Source: Octopus sinensis
Taxonomy: Eukaryota
NCBI RefSeq assembly: GCF_006345805.1
Contig: NC_043002.1
Coordinates: 37,572,001-37,636,000 of the forward strand
Direction: 5' to 3'
Length of the DNA: 64,000 nucleotides
In this document: positions 51,265 to 64,000 of the stretch, in pieces
How the letters are laid out: every line of letters starts with the position of its first letter
Position numbering within the stretch: the first letter of the stretch is position 1
Translations under genes and position numbers: made by a program
Notes under the pieces: generated by a model
Told to the model about the DNA's origin: nothing
Database searches by the model: none
The model's input: only the letters and a program-made list of their open reading frames with translations

Positions 51265-52393
51265 CAGGGGTGGGAAAAAATTACGGAAATACCTTGTTAA
51301 ATGGAAGCTGTATTATTTAATACAGTTGGTCCACTATTGGTTGTAAATATAACATTAATACGTCAAGGAATGAATGTGTACCTGTTTCTGAACGCAATTG
51401 TCCACCTTTCTTCAAGTAAAACCAAGCAACTTTTCAGCAGCAATGGTGGAGGGAGTGACTCATCGCTTTCTGCTTAAAAATACTCAGGAAATTTTCGATT
51501 AAATTGAGATCCGGTGATTATGGAGTCCTCTCAAATTGGGTGAACATCACATTTGTGCTCTTTGTACCAGCTGAAGAACATTAACTATGTTAATCGGTTC
51601 ATTATCATCTTGGAAAGTTGCCCTATAAGGGAACAATCTTTGTCCCAAAGGGTGAATATGATTAGCCAAAATACGCAGTGAATCCTTGGTGTTAACCTTT
51701 CCACGTAGAAAAAACTAATCCAAAAGAATTCCGTGAAATAGCTGTCCAAATCATTACAATGTCACCTCAGTCCATCGTGGTATGGGAGAAGCAATCTCTA
51801 GACATAAACTCGTCCTAAGTGAGTAAGTAGTTGAACGATGAATTCATCAGATACGATATTGTTCCATTCATCCACTAACCACTTCTGATTTTTGAGACAC
51901 CATTTTTTACTTTTGTCAATGTTGATCATGGTTAAGAGACGTTTATGTTTCCCGCTTTACAGAACTCAGCAGGAATGATTTTAGTTGACACAATGTTGGA
52001 AAGGCGATGGCTTAGCTCTGCTGTTACTTTGGCTGCCGCAGTTCGATGGATTTCAGACAAAATATGTTTTACTACCGTCTCTGTGAGCTTTGTTTTCCAT
52101 CCAGAATTATGTTGCTGGATTTTTCTAGGCTTTAGAATGCCAACATGATTTTAGAGAATGTACTTTTCGAATGTTTTCGAAACATTACACAATACAGCAG
52201 TTTCAGTGACAGAGGATTCAACCATCCGCACTCCAGCATTTTATCCTCTTTGGAAGTTAGATAGACCATGCATTTTGACTTATTTAAATATATCTTCTCA
52301 TATACAGATTAGAGCTGTTTAGAATTAGTTATATTGCCAAAAGAAAAAAAGTTAAATATATAGTGTTGTATCCATCATTTTGTCCAGTCACTG
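51265..52393 (-). mobile_element. Decayed near-full-length Tc1 transposon
   Basis: TA|CAGGGGTGGGAAAAAA ... TTTTGTCCAGTCACTG|TA ends. Minus strand gives 'MHGLSNFQRG', SDE and SPDLNLIEN-like segments. Same family as the 16390 element. Confidence 0.85.
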
Positions 52394-52514
52394 TATATAA
52401 ATCCGTGTGTGTGCACACAGGCATATACACATATATTTATACGTACATATGTATATACTCACACACACGCACACACAAATATAGATACACATTCGTGTAT
52501 TTATATATGTATAC

Positions 52515-52836
52515 TTTTTTATCCGAGGGGAGGCAATGCGAGCAACAACCACAGGAACATCAGAAAATCCACAGAATGACCAAACACATACAAATCTTCA
52601 TATACTCATTTATATCTATAAAGCCCGACATTTAAAATTTTTAAAATTTAGTAATATATATGCAAAATTTATATTTTTATATGATATATTTATTTATTAC
52701 TAAATTAAAAAATGTTTAAATGTCGGGCTTTATAGATATAAATGAGTATATGAAGATTTGTATGTGTTTGGTCATTCTGTGGATTTTCTGATGTTCCTGT
52801 GGTTGTTGCTCGCATTGCCTCCCCTCGGATAAAAAA
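52515..52836. repeat. Perfect 122-bp inverted repeat with AT-rich spacer
   Basis: 52515-52636 is the exact reverse complement of 52715-52836 (checked by eye in 10-bp blocks). An imperfect inner extension adds about 25 bp. Confidence 0.95.
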
Positions 52837-52937
52837 CTGTATACAGCTCATTAGAGCACTTCTATTTCCAGTCTGTTGTATATCTTGAGCGTTGTTGTCA
52901 CTCAAGATATAAATTTATATTTTGTATATATATGTGT

Positions 52938-52983
<46 letters not shown>

Positions 52984-53059
52984 AATATATTTTCATATGT
53001 ATTTATTACTATAAAAGGGCAATGTCCTTAGATATGGTACCTGTCAATAAAATGAGTAC

Positions 53060-53101
<42 letters not shown>

Positions 53102-55269
53102 ATATATATATATATATATTGAAATTGATTCAATCGACAGAGCCTTTCATTTATTGGCTTGTGGCCGTGTTCCCAAGTCATAAATCAATCTTAGTGTCAA
53201 CCCTAGTGTCTTTGATGTATCTGATGCAGTAAAAAACAATGGTCTTAAAGTATATATATGTCGTCTCACTGGGTTCCGATTTCTGATTATGCTGAGGTTG
53301 ACATGATATTTCATACACCAAGATCAATAAAAGAAAGATGTGTAGTGTAATGGAAGTGATTTAACCAACTACATTCCGTCTCTTCAACAAGTGGCCTCAT
53401 ACCTAATCCGAACAAGTCAATAATTAATGCTTATCTTTCAGTTAATAACAGTATTGATTTCTTTTGAGCATCTCGTGGCTATAACTGTTATGAATAGGAG
53501 TCTGATGTATGTATCCACATTTGTCATTCACAAAATTCGGTAGCTATTCCAATATTCAGCAGTTTTGTATTGTTGAATTCTCAGCACGAAAGTTACCTGA
53601 TTCTAAGTGCAATATTTCAGTTGACTGTCTTTCGTAATAAAACCGGAAGTCGACGCCAAGTCAATAATGATACTTTCAAACATCATATCAATGCAAAAGC
53701 AGCTGTTGAATATTTTGTATTTGATATCAAATGAAATAAGCGGATAACTTATCGACATTGGTGTGTAATTAATAGACGTATATTAAAATTCAAACATTAT
53801 GTCTAGTATTTTTAAAGGCTGTGGGTTTAGATCAATTGCTATGACGTGAATTTCAGTAAAGGTTCAACGACAGGAAATGAATCTTAAAATTTTGCACTGC
53901 TGCAGTTTAACGATTTAATGACTGTTCCCCAGACATTATTAGACGAAGAAAATCACGTGTTTTTATTTTAGAACAATGTATTAAAATATCTAGCGAAAAA
54001 ACAAAAGGAGGGGAAATCTAAAAATCAAAAACGAACAAACTAAATACGATGTAAATTCGTAGAATAAAATTGCAATAATTAGAATGTAGCTTCAATATTT
54101 TATTTTGAGTGTTGTATTATTTTATTCGTTTATTTATTATAATGGCAGCTATTGATGATTAACAGTGTTAGTAACTTTTTATTGTCACAATGCTATTTAG
54201 ATATCTACAGTTATCTTTCAGGAACCCAAACGTAAATTCAAAGGTTATACTGAAATTAAAAAAGAACAATCAAAGAGATGAAAGATCTTTTCTGTGCTTT
54301 TTCAGTTAATTTTTCTTTGCAGGTTTATTATTTGTAGACCAAATTTGATCTATTTACAAAAGCTTTTGTTTTCCATATACTGCATGTTTCAGATGCTCGT
54401 ATTTTGCCTACAATATTGTAACTTTGTTAGAATGAACTTAGTAACAGAAGAAAACAAGAAATGTTCTAGAAAATAATACAATGGAAATGTAGCCATTAGC
54501 AAAATAATATCTGCTGCTACATTCCTTTCTTTTCGATATCATATCATAGAGCGAGAGAATATTTAACCTTTACTCGCATATAGAAGCATGCGTTAGTGCA
54601 TACATGCATATTATTGCAGATACGCTGTCTCGCACAAACCTACTCACTCTTTCGTTCATTCAGTACGTTTGCACACAGTAAACTTAACATTTAATAAATC
54701 ATGAATGTGTTGTTGAGGTTGTCGGTGTGGCTGTTGCTGCTGATGTTGTTTAGCCACAGGTTAAATCCAATCGACCAGATCTTATATTCCATTCACGGCG
54801 AACTGTCTTTTTTTAAATTTCTAATGCGTTGTTTCGTTAATTGAAAGTGGTAGGGTATGATTTAAGGAAGATTTGACTGTTATTTCAGCAGGTCGAATCT
54901 CTGTCGAAATGCAGATAACTTCAGACTTATTTAAGTCTCTATCAAACTTATTTAAAAAATAAGCATCAGACATACTTAAAAATATTATCAGACTTTATCA
55001 GACAATGAAATAAGTATTAGACTTTAAAGAATAAGTGCTGTAGTTGATCCGTTCGACAAAACCTTCATGGCGGTACTCTAGCATAGTCGCAGTCCAATGG
55101 CTTCCACAAATGAATGATAAAAGATATATGTATACATTTGCATAAATATTTCCGCTCAGATTGGGAGATCAATAAACAATATGTCAGAGCGAAAACTGAG
55201 AATCGGAAGAAGAAATAGCAGGTAGATAGGTAGAGAGACAGGCAGAAATAAAAATAGACTGACTGCCAG

Positions 55270-55377
55270 AAAGATAGATAGACAACCAAACATACTGATA
55301 GATGTGTAGATAGACAGAAAGATAGTTAGATAGATAGATAGATAAATAGATAGACAGACAGACAGATAGATAGTTAC

Positions 55378-55450
<73 letters not shown>

Positions 55451-55482
55451 CGAGCAGACAGATAAATAGATAGATTGCAAAT
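55270..55482. repeat. (GATA)n/(GACA)n microsatellite
   Basis: Read directly from the sequence. Confidence 0.96.
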
Positions 55483-55819
55483 CGATAGCTGTAGTATTGT
55501 AACATTATAAACTTTGATAAGCACGTCTGATGTCCTTGCATAAGATACATATTTACGTGCCACCCTTATTCTCCAAGAGTGACACGCAAATATGTTTCCG
55601 CCTTTCAGATTCGCTGACGAAACATGAACTGATTTGGGTCTATAGTAGCAGACACTTGCTCAGGCTGCTATGCAGTGGGATTAAGATGGCAGGAGAGAAA
55701 AATGTGCTACCGAAATGTACTTTTGGGCAGATAACTTTGTCTCTGTATTCTTGTGGTGCTCCAGCCCCTACGGAAAATATTGAAGTAACCCTATATCTCA
55801 AGGAATGTTCTGCTATTTA

Positions 55820-56760
55820 GGCTCTGGACCTGATGAAAAGTATAGAGATTCTTCGTGGCGCAAAGTTTTCTGAAGACATTCGTTTTTCTTGTCTTACCAT
55901 TTTTATAGTTTTGTAGTCATTATATTCATCTCTGACTATAGACAGTGATTATTTTGAAGCGTTCGTGCTCTTACTCTCACTACTATCGCTGCGTTCGTGA
56001 TGTAAAGCTGATAATTCTCTCTCGGGTAACAATTAAGTAGATAATAACATATTTGTCCTTGATTGCAGAAACAGTTCAGTCCCCACCTATACGAGAAATT
56101 TGCTTCAAAAATTGAGAAGGCGTGGTTATAGATTGGAATATGGTGTCTAAAATGTTGACGGTTGCTTGTTATAATTCTGTTCTTTAACGCAGCAGATAGT
56201 CCACCAAATTTAGCAATTGAACTCTGCTGTTTAGGCAGCAGTTTAATAATTCACTGCGAAGCCAGAAATCTTGACTAAGTAGATAAATTGCATTTCTCTC
56301 ATTCTTTAAAGTTCTAGCAACTCTACTTCGCTTCTTGTGTTTCTGTTTTGCGTCTGTTCTAAATATGTCCTTGTCATTAAATTCATTTCCTATTCTTTCA
56401 TAATTTTTGTTTCGAGTAGATATTTGTTCCAAGTAGATATTTTTCTTAGCATTCATAACCTGCTTTCATTTTTCTTTAGTATTATTTTTTCCAAATGACT
56501 TCTTATTTCTTCCTCTTATGTCTCTTTCGATCATATTAAGGTAGCGATTTTACCTCCTAACTTCGCATATTTCAGCATTTTTGAGAGCTTACTTTCTCTT
56601 TGCCCCATATTTCATTTCGACGTCTGCATTCGATCTCTCCATCTTCCCTGTCTCACTCCAGTTAATTTGCAAACATTCTGCCATATCTTATTGCAGCTCA
56701 TTATTTTCAAATTGAATGTTAGGTAACTTTTCAAGATATTTGATGCTTGACAGAACAACC
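55820..56760 (-). pseudogene. Degraded coding-like tract (K/E/R/N-rich, coiled-coil-like), origin unknown
   Basis: One minus-strand frame reads as protein-like for about 0.6 kb with scattered stops ('KYLEKLPNIQFENNELQ*DMAECLQ...MNAKKNIYLEQISTRNKNYERIGNEF...SELLNCCLNSRVQLLNLVDYLLR'). A further block reads 'VRDEYNDYKTIKMVRQENECLQKTLRHEE'. Confidence 0.3.
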
Positions 56761-57504
56761 CATAATGAAATAAAAATAGCATTATTAAAGTTTTAATAGA
56801 AATATAGTAGTCACTTTTTGAATATTGAAATTTACGAAGAGAATATCCAGATGCATTTTTCATTGACTAGCAGACGACATTTACTTGCACTAAAGTGCAT
56901 GCGTCACCTTCCTGACGCTTCCAGAAATACCACATTTACTCCGTCCCCAACAACAATAACAACAACCAAAGTTCCTACTAACACTACCATGGCTATTCAC
57001 AATCATGCACGTACGCACTCTGGCATATGTAACAGTGTGATTATATGCCTACTAACTGATGTTTCTTTCATCTTTTCTGTTCGACCGTTACCACTTCCCT
57101 CTACTAGTACACGTCTATCTTTTTTTCAGCAGCTACTTCGTTCAGCATCAATCCACTCTCCTTTAGCCGAAAGCATAGTTAACACTTTAAATACAAAAGC
57201 ACTCATCACCTAGTATACTTGAAGCTATCAAAGATCGTTGACATGTGGAGCTAATATGGCATTTTGCATTTGCAAGATTTAGGGCGAATATTCTGCTAGC
57301 CTTCGTTTTGCAGGATAAGCATTTTCATTTTTAGAAGAACGTGAAACGAAGGGTCTTGCGCAAAGGATATAATATGCTTATGGGCCCAGTAATCAAACCC
57401 ATGCCTGATCGCTCACCAATCCGACAGCCTAAACACTGAGTCAAGTGACTTCTACGAAGATTCTATCATGTTTAAACTGTTTCAAATTGTATTAGAAGAC
57501 CAGT

Positions 57505-57910
57505 AATTTTGAGGGAAGAAGGACGTGGATTACATCAACCACAGTGCTCAACGGGTAATTATTCTAGTAATTCCCCCAAAGGCTAGAAGGCAAAGTTAAC
57601 CTCGGCTGAATTTTTTACTCAGAACGTAAAGAATCAGAAAAAAATATCGCTAAGCATTTTGTCTGGTGCCATAACAATTGTACCAGCTTGCCACCTTATC
57701 TATCATATTAATATTGGTTTAAAATTTTTTGCACAAGGCCAGCAATTTCGGGGAGGGGATTAGTCGATTACATCATCTCCAGTGTTCATCAAGTGCTTAT
57801 TTTATCGACCTCGAAAGGATGAAATGCAAAGTCAACTTCCGCAAGTAAGGGCGGACGAAATCCCGCAAAGCATTTTGCTCAGCATGCTTACGATTCTGCC
57901 AGTTGGCCAT
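57505..57910 (-). mobile_element. Two degraded SINE B copies in tandem
   Basis: GGCAAAGTTAACCTCGGCTGAATT...CTCAGAACGTAAAG and TTATCGACCTCGAAAGGATGAAATGCAAAGTCAAC. Confidence 0.75.
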
Positions 57911-59351
57911 TTTATCTATTGTGTTCATAATACTTTCAAGTTTTTATCACAAAGCCAGCTATTGTATAATATTAGAATGATCTAAATACGAAGGAACATA
58001 AGTAATAAAGATATGAGGCTCGCTGACCTAGACAATATTAGAGAAGCATCACGATTGGAACCATATTTTCTGCTCGGTTCTGAGGATGTACTTGGAATGG
58101 GTGCAAAGAGAAAATATACCAGTAACAACAACAGCACAATTAATCCATACGACAATTGTAGTTCCTCAAAGAATTGATTTAAGACAAATTTGATACTATT
58201 GATTAACTGCAATTAACGCAAAAGTGTGTCTACTTTAATGTGTTAGGCTAGAAACTTCATCATATTACAATTTCTCACGTCAGTATGGCAAGATCATTTA
58301 CATCACAAGAGTGTTATGATCATTAAAGATTGGTAAATTAATGAAAAATTTATAGAAAAACTAAAGAAAAGAATGCAGCTGAATTACAATATACTGCAAG
58401 AAGCAAAAGCGATAAAATAGAGCAGCTGTTATTTAGATCTGTAAAGAAAAAAGCGTATGTTATCATATGTCATTAGTAATGGAAGCAAATTGCCTAATAT
58501 TTTATTGTCCTACTTTACCTTCCTAAATCATCTAGGGAAACTCAATACCAATTTCACCACGTTCAAGTCTCAAGCGTTTGTCAGCTCAAACCATAGCGTG
58601 AATTCCGTACGTCATTTGGTTGTAGTAAAATGGCCGTAGAATTTGAATGCCTTTACTGGTCTTCTTTATGCAAGAAAAGACAGTTCGTTTTCCTAAATTA
58701 AATTTTAAGCATTGAGAATATTGCTTTTTCGACTGAATGAACAAGCAAAAGCTAAAGAACTTGAATACGACTACAAGTATTCTTCGTAAAGTAAATCTTA
58801 TATTCAAATAGCACATGATTAAAAACGCCCACGTTTACATGTTTAACAATAATTCAATTCCTTCAGCTCTAAATTTTAAGACAGGTAGTTTAAAATTAAC
58901 CAATGACAGTCGTGCAATTCTTGTCTTTTTAAAAAATTTGGTTTTAATTTCACTATAATTAACCTTTTTAATTCTTAGTTATCCAATATTCCGTTCTATA
59001 ACTTTCTTGATGACTAATGTCTTGCTTACGATACTTCGTATGTATTTTTAACTGATTGAATATTCAAGAGAATGTGTTCCAATACTTATATAAATATGTG
59101 TTGTGTGCATGTGTGCATGCTTATGGGTTGTTTATGTGCATCTTTGCTTAGATTATTGTAGTAACCATGAAAAAGTAACTTGAAGTATTTGTATACGACT
59201 GGAGATTCACGGCAAAACTCAAAAGAACTTAGAAAGAGAATGCATGAAATAATGGTTATTTCTCCTCAATATAATAGTTCCTATATAGAGTAACATTATC
59301 TATGCAGATTTATTAAAATAGCCAAGAAGACTTGTTATTTTTCATAGAGTG

Positions 59352-59730
59352 CAGGCACGGCTGTGTAGTTCAGAAGCACTTTGCAGCCACAGGCGGTATG
59401 GTACAGAAGCATTTCTTCTGCGTGGCACTTCTGGCGTATTTTAGATTACAGTCTCGGATTGACCAATGCCTTGTGAGTGAATTTGGTAGTGGGAGAGTGT
59501 GCGGAAGACCGTCGTATGTGTGTGTGTGTATTTGTCCGTGCGTGCGTACCTATGAATGGTTGTTTTGTGCTTGTCCCCACCGCTTCACAACCGGTGTTGG
59601 TATGCTCACGTCTTTAGCGGTTCGGCAAAATGCACCAATATAATAAGTGACAGATTTTAAAATAAGTATCGTGGTCAATTTATTCGACTAAAACCTTACA
59701 AGGTGATGCTCCAGCAATTAAAAGATAAAA
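59352..59730 (+). mobile_element. SINE family C, degraded
   Basis: GCAGGCACGGCTGTGTAG...GACCAATGCCTTGTGAGTGAATTTGGTAG...TTAGCGGTTCGGCAAAA...GGTGATGCTCCAGCA. Confidence 0.75.
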
Positions 59731-59744
59731 CTTATATAATAATA

Positions 59745-59957
59745 TTGATTTCAATTTTTGGCTCGAAGCCAGCTATTCTGGGGTTGTGGGTAAGTCGATC
59801 ATAACGATCCCAGTGTTCAACACGTATTTATTTTATCGACCCCGAAAGGATGAAAGGCAAAGTCGACCTAGACGGAATTTGAACTACGAAGGCGAAACTG
59901 GTCTAAATGACGTTAAGTATTTCGTTCGGCGCGCTAACTATTCTGCCAGCTCACCGC
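59745..59957 (-). mobile_element. SINE family B
   Basis: TTTATCGACCCCGAAAGGATGAAAGGCAAAGTCGACCTAGACGGAATTTGAACT...TTCTGCCAGCTCACCGC. Confidence 0.82.
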
Positions 59958-60600
59958 ATTGAGATACTTGGATAATGATATTGAAGAGGTTTGCTTTAAA
60001 TTTGGAAAAGAAATTACACTTTACAGCCTATAATGCACGTTAAATACGTTTATATAATTTTGAGAGGAGGTTTGCTAAAGATAGAGGCAAAGAACAGAGA
60101 AAAGCCCACATTCACATAGAAGAGAATTAATTCAAATCTTGTTCTTCTAGTAGGACCTCTAGTCAGCATCTTTGTGGATTCTTCAAATGTTTACATGTCA
60201 AGCAATTATCTAAATTCTGCAACTCTACCTTTTAAGGTTCACAGGGGATCATTAAGAGAGGAAACAATGCGGATGCTTCTAACTTCAATAACAGACTCTA
60301 TGGTACCAGTCATTGTTCAGCTGAATAAAAGTCTACTAGCCAAGCGCATTAACGTTTTAGATTGAGAGGTTTCGTAATTTCCTTTTGCTAATCGAAATGG
60401 TAAATATTCCTTGACACGATATTACAGCAGTGCTGTTCTTGTGAATATCAACTTCTTCACAATCGTCTCAGTTCTGTCTTTATACGGTACCGATAATTGA
60501 TTTTAATTCACTTGCTAGACTCAGTTGCTTGTTCTATCAAGACACTTCCTTTTTTGTTCAAACATATGACTAAAAGTAAACGTTTAATCCTTAAGCATCG

Positions 60601-60910
60601 AACATCATACGACTGCGGAATTTTTTCAAATTAAAATATTCTTATGAACAACAGTACTCTATAAGTTTCTCTTTAGCTACATTTGACGGATAAACTATCG
60701 ATTTCTACCGGAGAATGCTCATATATGATTTAAAATTGAGCATTCTCCGGTAGAAATGGATAGATTATTGGTCAAATGTAGCTAAAGAGAAACTTATAGA
60801 GTACTGTTGTTCATAAGAATATTTTACCTTGAAAAAATTCCCCAGTCGTATGATGTTTCCAATTTTAATTTGAAAAAATTCCGCAGTCGTATGATGTTTC
60901 CAATTTTCTT
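60601..60910. repeat. Foldback with ~120-bp arms, 15-nt loop, and tandem duplication of the right terminus
   Basis: 60601-60721 pairs with 60737-60857, with one internal non-matching block of about 13 nt. TTGAAAAAATTCC.CAGTCGTATGATGTTTCCAATTTT is repeated twice. Confidence 0.9.
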
Positions 60911-61219
60911 GAAGAGCTCCATTACATTTGGAGAAGACATAAAAGTCTTTGCAAGAGATCATGTGAGAAAAATAATATTTTAAATGATTTTTAATCCCGA
61001 TAAATTTAAAGTTATATTCCTTCTTAGCGTCGATATAAAATAAATTTCAGTACAAAATTATATTTTATAAACAAATTCACTTCGCGTAATAGCCTGTCCC
61101 AATCGGTTCTCAAGATTTAAAACAAACTTCCTTCACTGGTTTCAGCCATTGGACTACGGCCATTCTAGGGCAACTTTCGAAGAGTTTTATTCGAACAAAT
61201 TAACCCCAATACATATCTC

Positions 61220-62546
<1,327 letters not shown>

Positions 62547-62902
62547 ATATATATATATATATACATGCGCACATTTTTATGGTGTCGAATTGGCAGAGTT
62601 ATCACATCGTTGAATGCAAATAGTCTGTGGAACTGTTTTATCCTCAAATCTTGTTAAATAAATTTTGCCGTTCGTCATTCCGTTTCCATAAATACAGTAG
62701 CAGTTTCCAGTAGTGAATTGAAGGATTGTCAAGGTGACTCTTCTGCAAACTTTCATAACTAACAAATAGAAAAAGATATAAGGAAACGTTCAAGGTGTGT
62801 GTACTTGAACAGGGAAATGGGGGTGGTGGTGTATGCATATCTATCTATCTATCTATCTATATCTATCTATCTATTTATGTATGTATATATATATATATAT
62901 AT

Positions 62903-62934
<32 letters not shown>

Positions 62935-62950
62935 ACACATATATATATAT

Positions 62951-63113
62951 AAGCGTAGGAGTAACTGTGTGGAAAGAAACTTGCTTCCCAGCGATATTTT
63001 TCCGGGTCCAGTCCCACTGCGTGGCACATTTACGAATAGTCTTCTGCTATATCCTCGGGCCAACCGAAGCCTTGTGAATGGATTTGGTGAACAGAAACTA
63101 AAAGAAGCCCGTC

Positions 63114-63155
<42 letters not shown>

Positions 63156-63204
63156 GACTGAAACAAGTAAAAGAGTAAAAGAATATATATGTATATTCTT
63201 TTAA

Positions 63205-63261
<57 letters not shown>

Positions 63262-63440
63262 ATGTGTGTATGTATGTATGTCTTTGTGTGTCTGCCCCCT
63301 CACCATCACTGATGTAGGTACATTTACATCCCCGTATCTTAGCGGTTCGGCAAAAGATACCGATAGAATAAATACTAAAGTCCTGGAGTCAATTTGTTCG
63401 ACTAATTGACTGAAACAAGTAAAATAAAACGAATAAAAAG
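62951..63440 (+). mobile_element. SINE family C with expanded internal microsatellite containing an extra SINE tail
   Basis: Head GCGTAGGAGTAACTGTGTGG...AAGAAGCCCGTCG, then (TA)n plus AATGACTGAAACAAGTAAAAGAGTAAAAGA, then the normal 3' half. Confidence 0.85.
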
Positions 63441-63845
63441 TGTATATATATATGTGAAATATACATCTATGTATGTGTCTTGAATGGCATAACAATGCAA
63501 TAACTGTTATAATTTAATTATTTATAGACTGATATAATAACATTTCGGAATATAAAAATTCTTTCTTCAGATATCGTTAGGAATTAATCGAGTTACTGCT
63601 ATAAATTTTTTTCTAACGGTTACATAAATATACGTACCACCTTATAGAAAATAGCAGTGAATATTTTCGCTTGATAACATGTGGGATGCTTTTAAATTGA
63701 ACTCAAACATCTAGTAACCTATCAAAGCCTTGCATTACAATCTGTTTGATATGACACTCTACAATATTGTGGACCTTATTGCATATACTCACGAACTAAA
63801 CAATTATTCAACATCCTCTCGTCTATTCTCGTAAAACGACTACAG

Positions 63846-63960
63846 GACAGGCGATGTTAGTCCAGTTATCCTCGCATCCGACGATGATAACTGGATCGAC
63901 ATCTTTAACGAGGATGTCCTTTTGCTCCTCAAAGTTGAATTACTGGAGTCTAATCCCTAA
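63846..63960 (+). CDS. Candidate terminal exon (TGDVSPVILASDDDNWIDIFNEDVLLLLKVELLESNP*), protein not recognised
   Basis: Balanced-GC block with a protein-like open frame after a CAG. The acceptor's pyrimidine tract is weak, and the block also folds into a hairpin. Confidence 0.2.
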
Positions 63961-64000
63961 TATTCTTACAGCGTTTTTTTTTTGTGCCATAATCGAGAAG

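Overview
This is eukaryotic, AT-rich, microsatellite-saturated non-coding DNA with one 100-N assembly gap (32795-32894). The repeat families resemble those I recall from Octopus (coleoid cephalopod) genomes; that assignment is from memory, not a search. No intact protein-coding gene can be supported. Nearly all ORF-track entries are translations of (TA)n/(CA)n/(TATG)n/(TATC)n tracts or of repeats. The window holds three abundant tRNA-like SINE families (called A, B and C here), six decayed IS630-Tc1-mariner transposons, a Helitron fragment, a 5'-truncated CR1/L2-type LINE, several MITE/foldback palindromes and many Penelope-like (PLE) terminal-repeat fragments. The most notable signal is at least 7 minimal type-I hammerhead-ribozyme-like motifs in the PLE-like repeats. 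They show compensatory changes in stems I and II, a palindromic ACGT stem III and a recurrent non-canonical CUGU core. The window also has an unusual density of long inverted repeats (122-123 bp arms, and one nested foldback of about 1.3 kb). A few candidate host exons and degraded coding-like tracts are reported at low confidence. Repeat boundaries are approximate unless a TSD or TIR is quoted.
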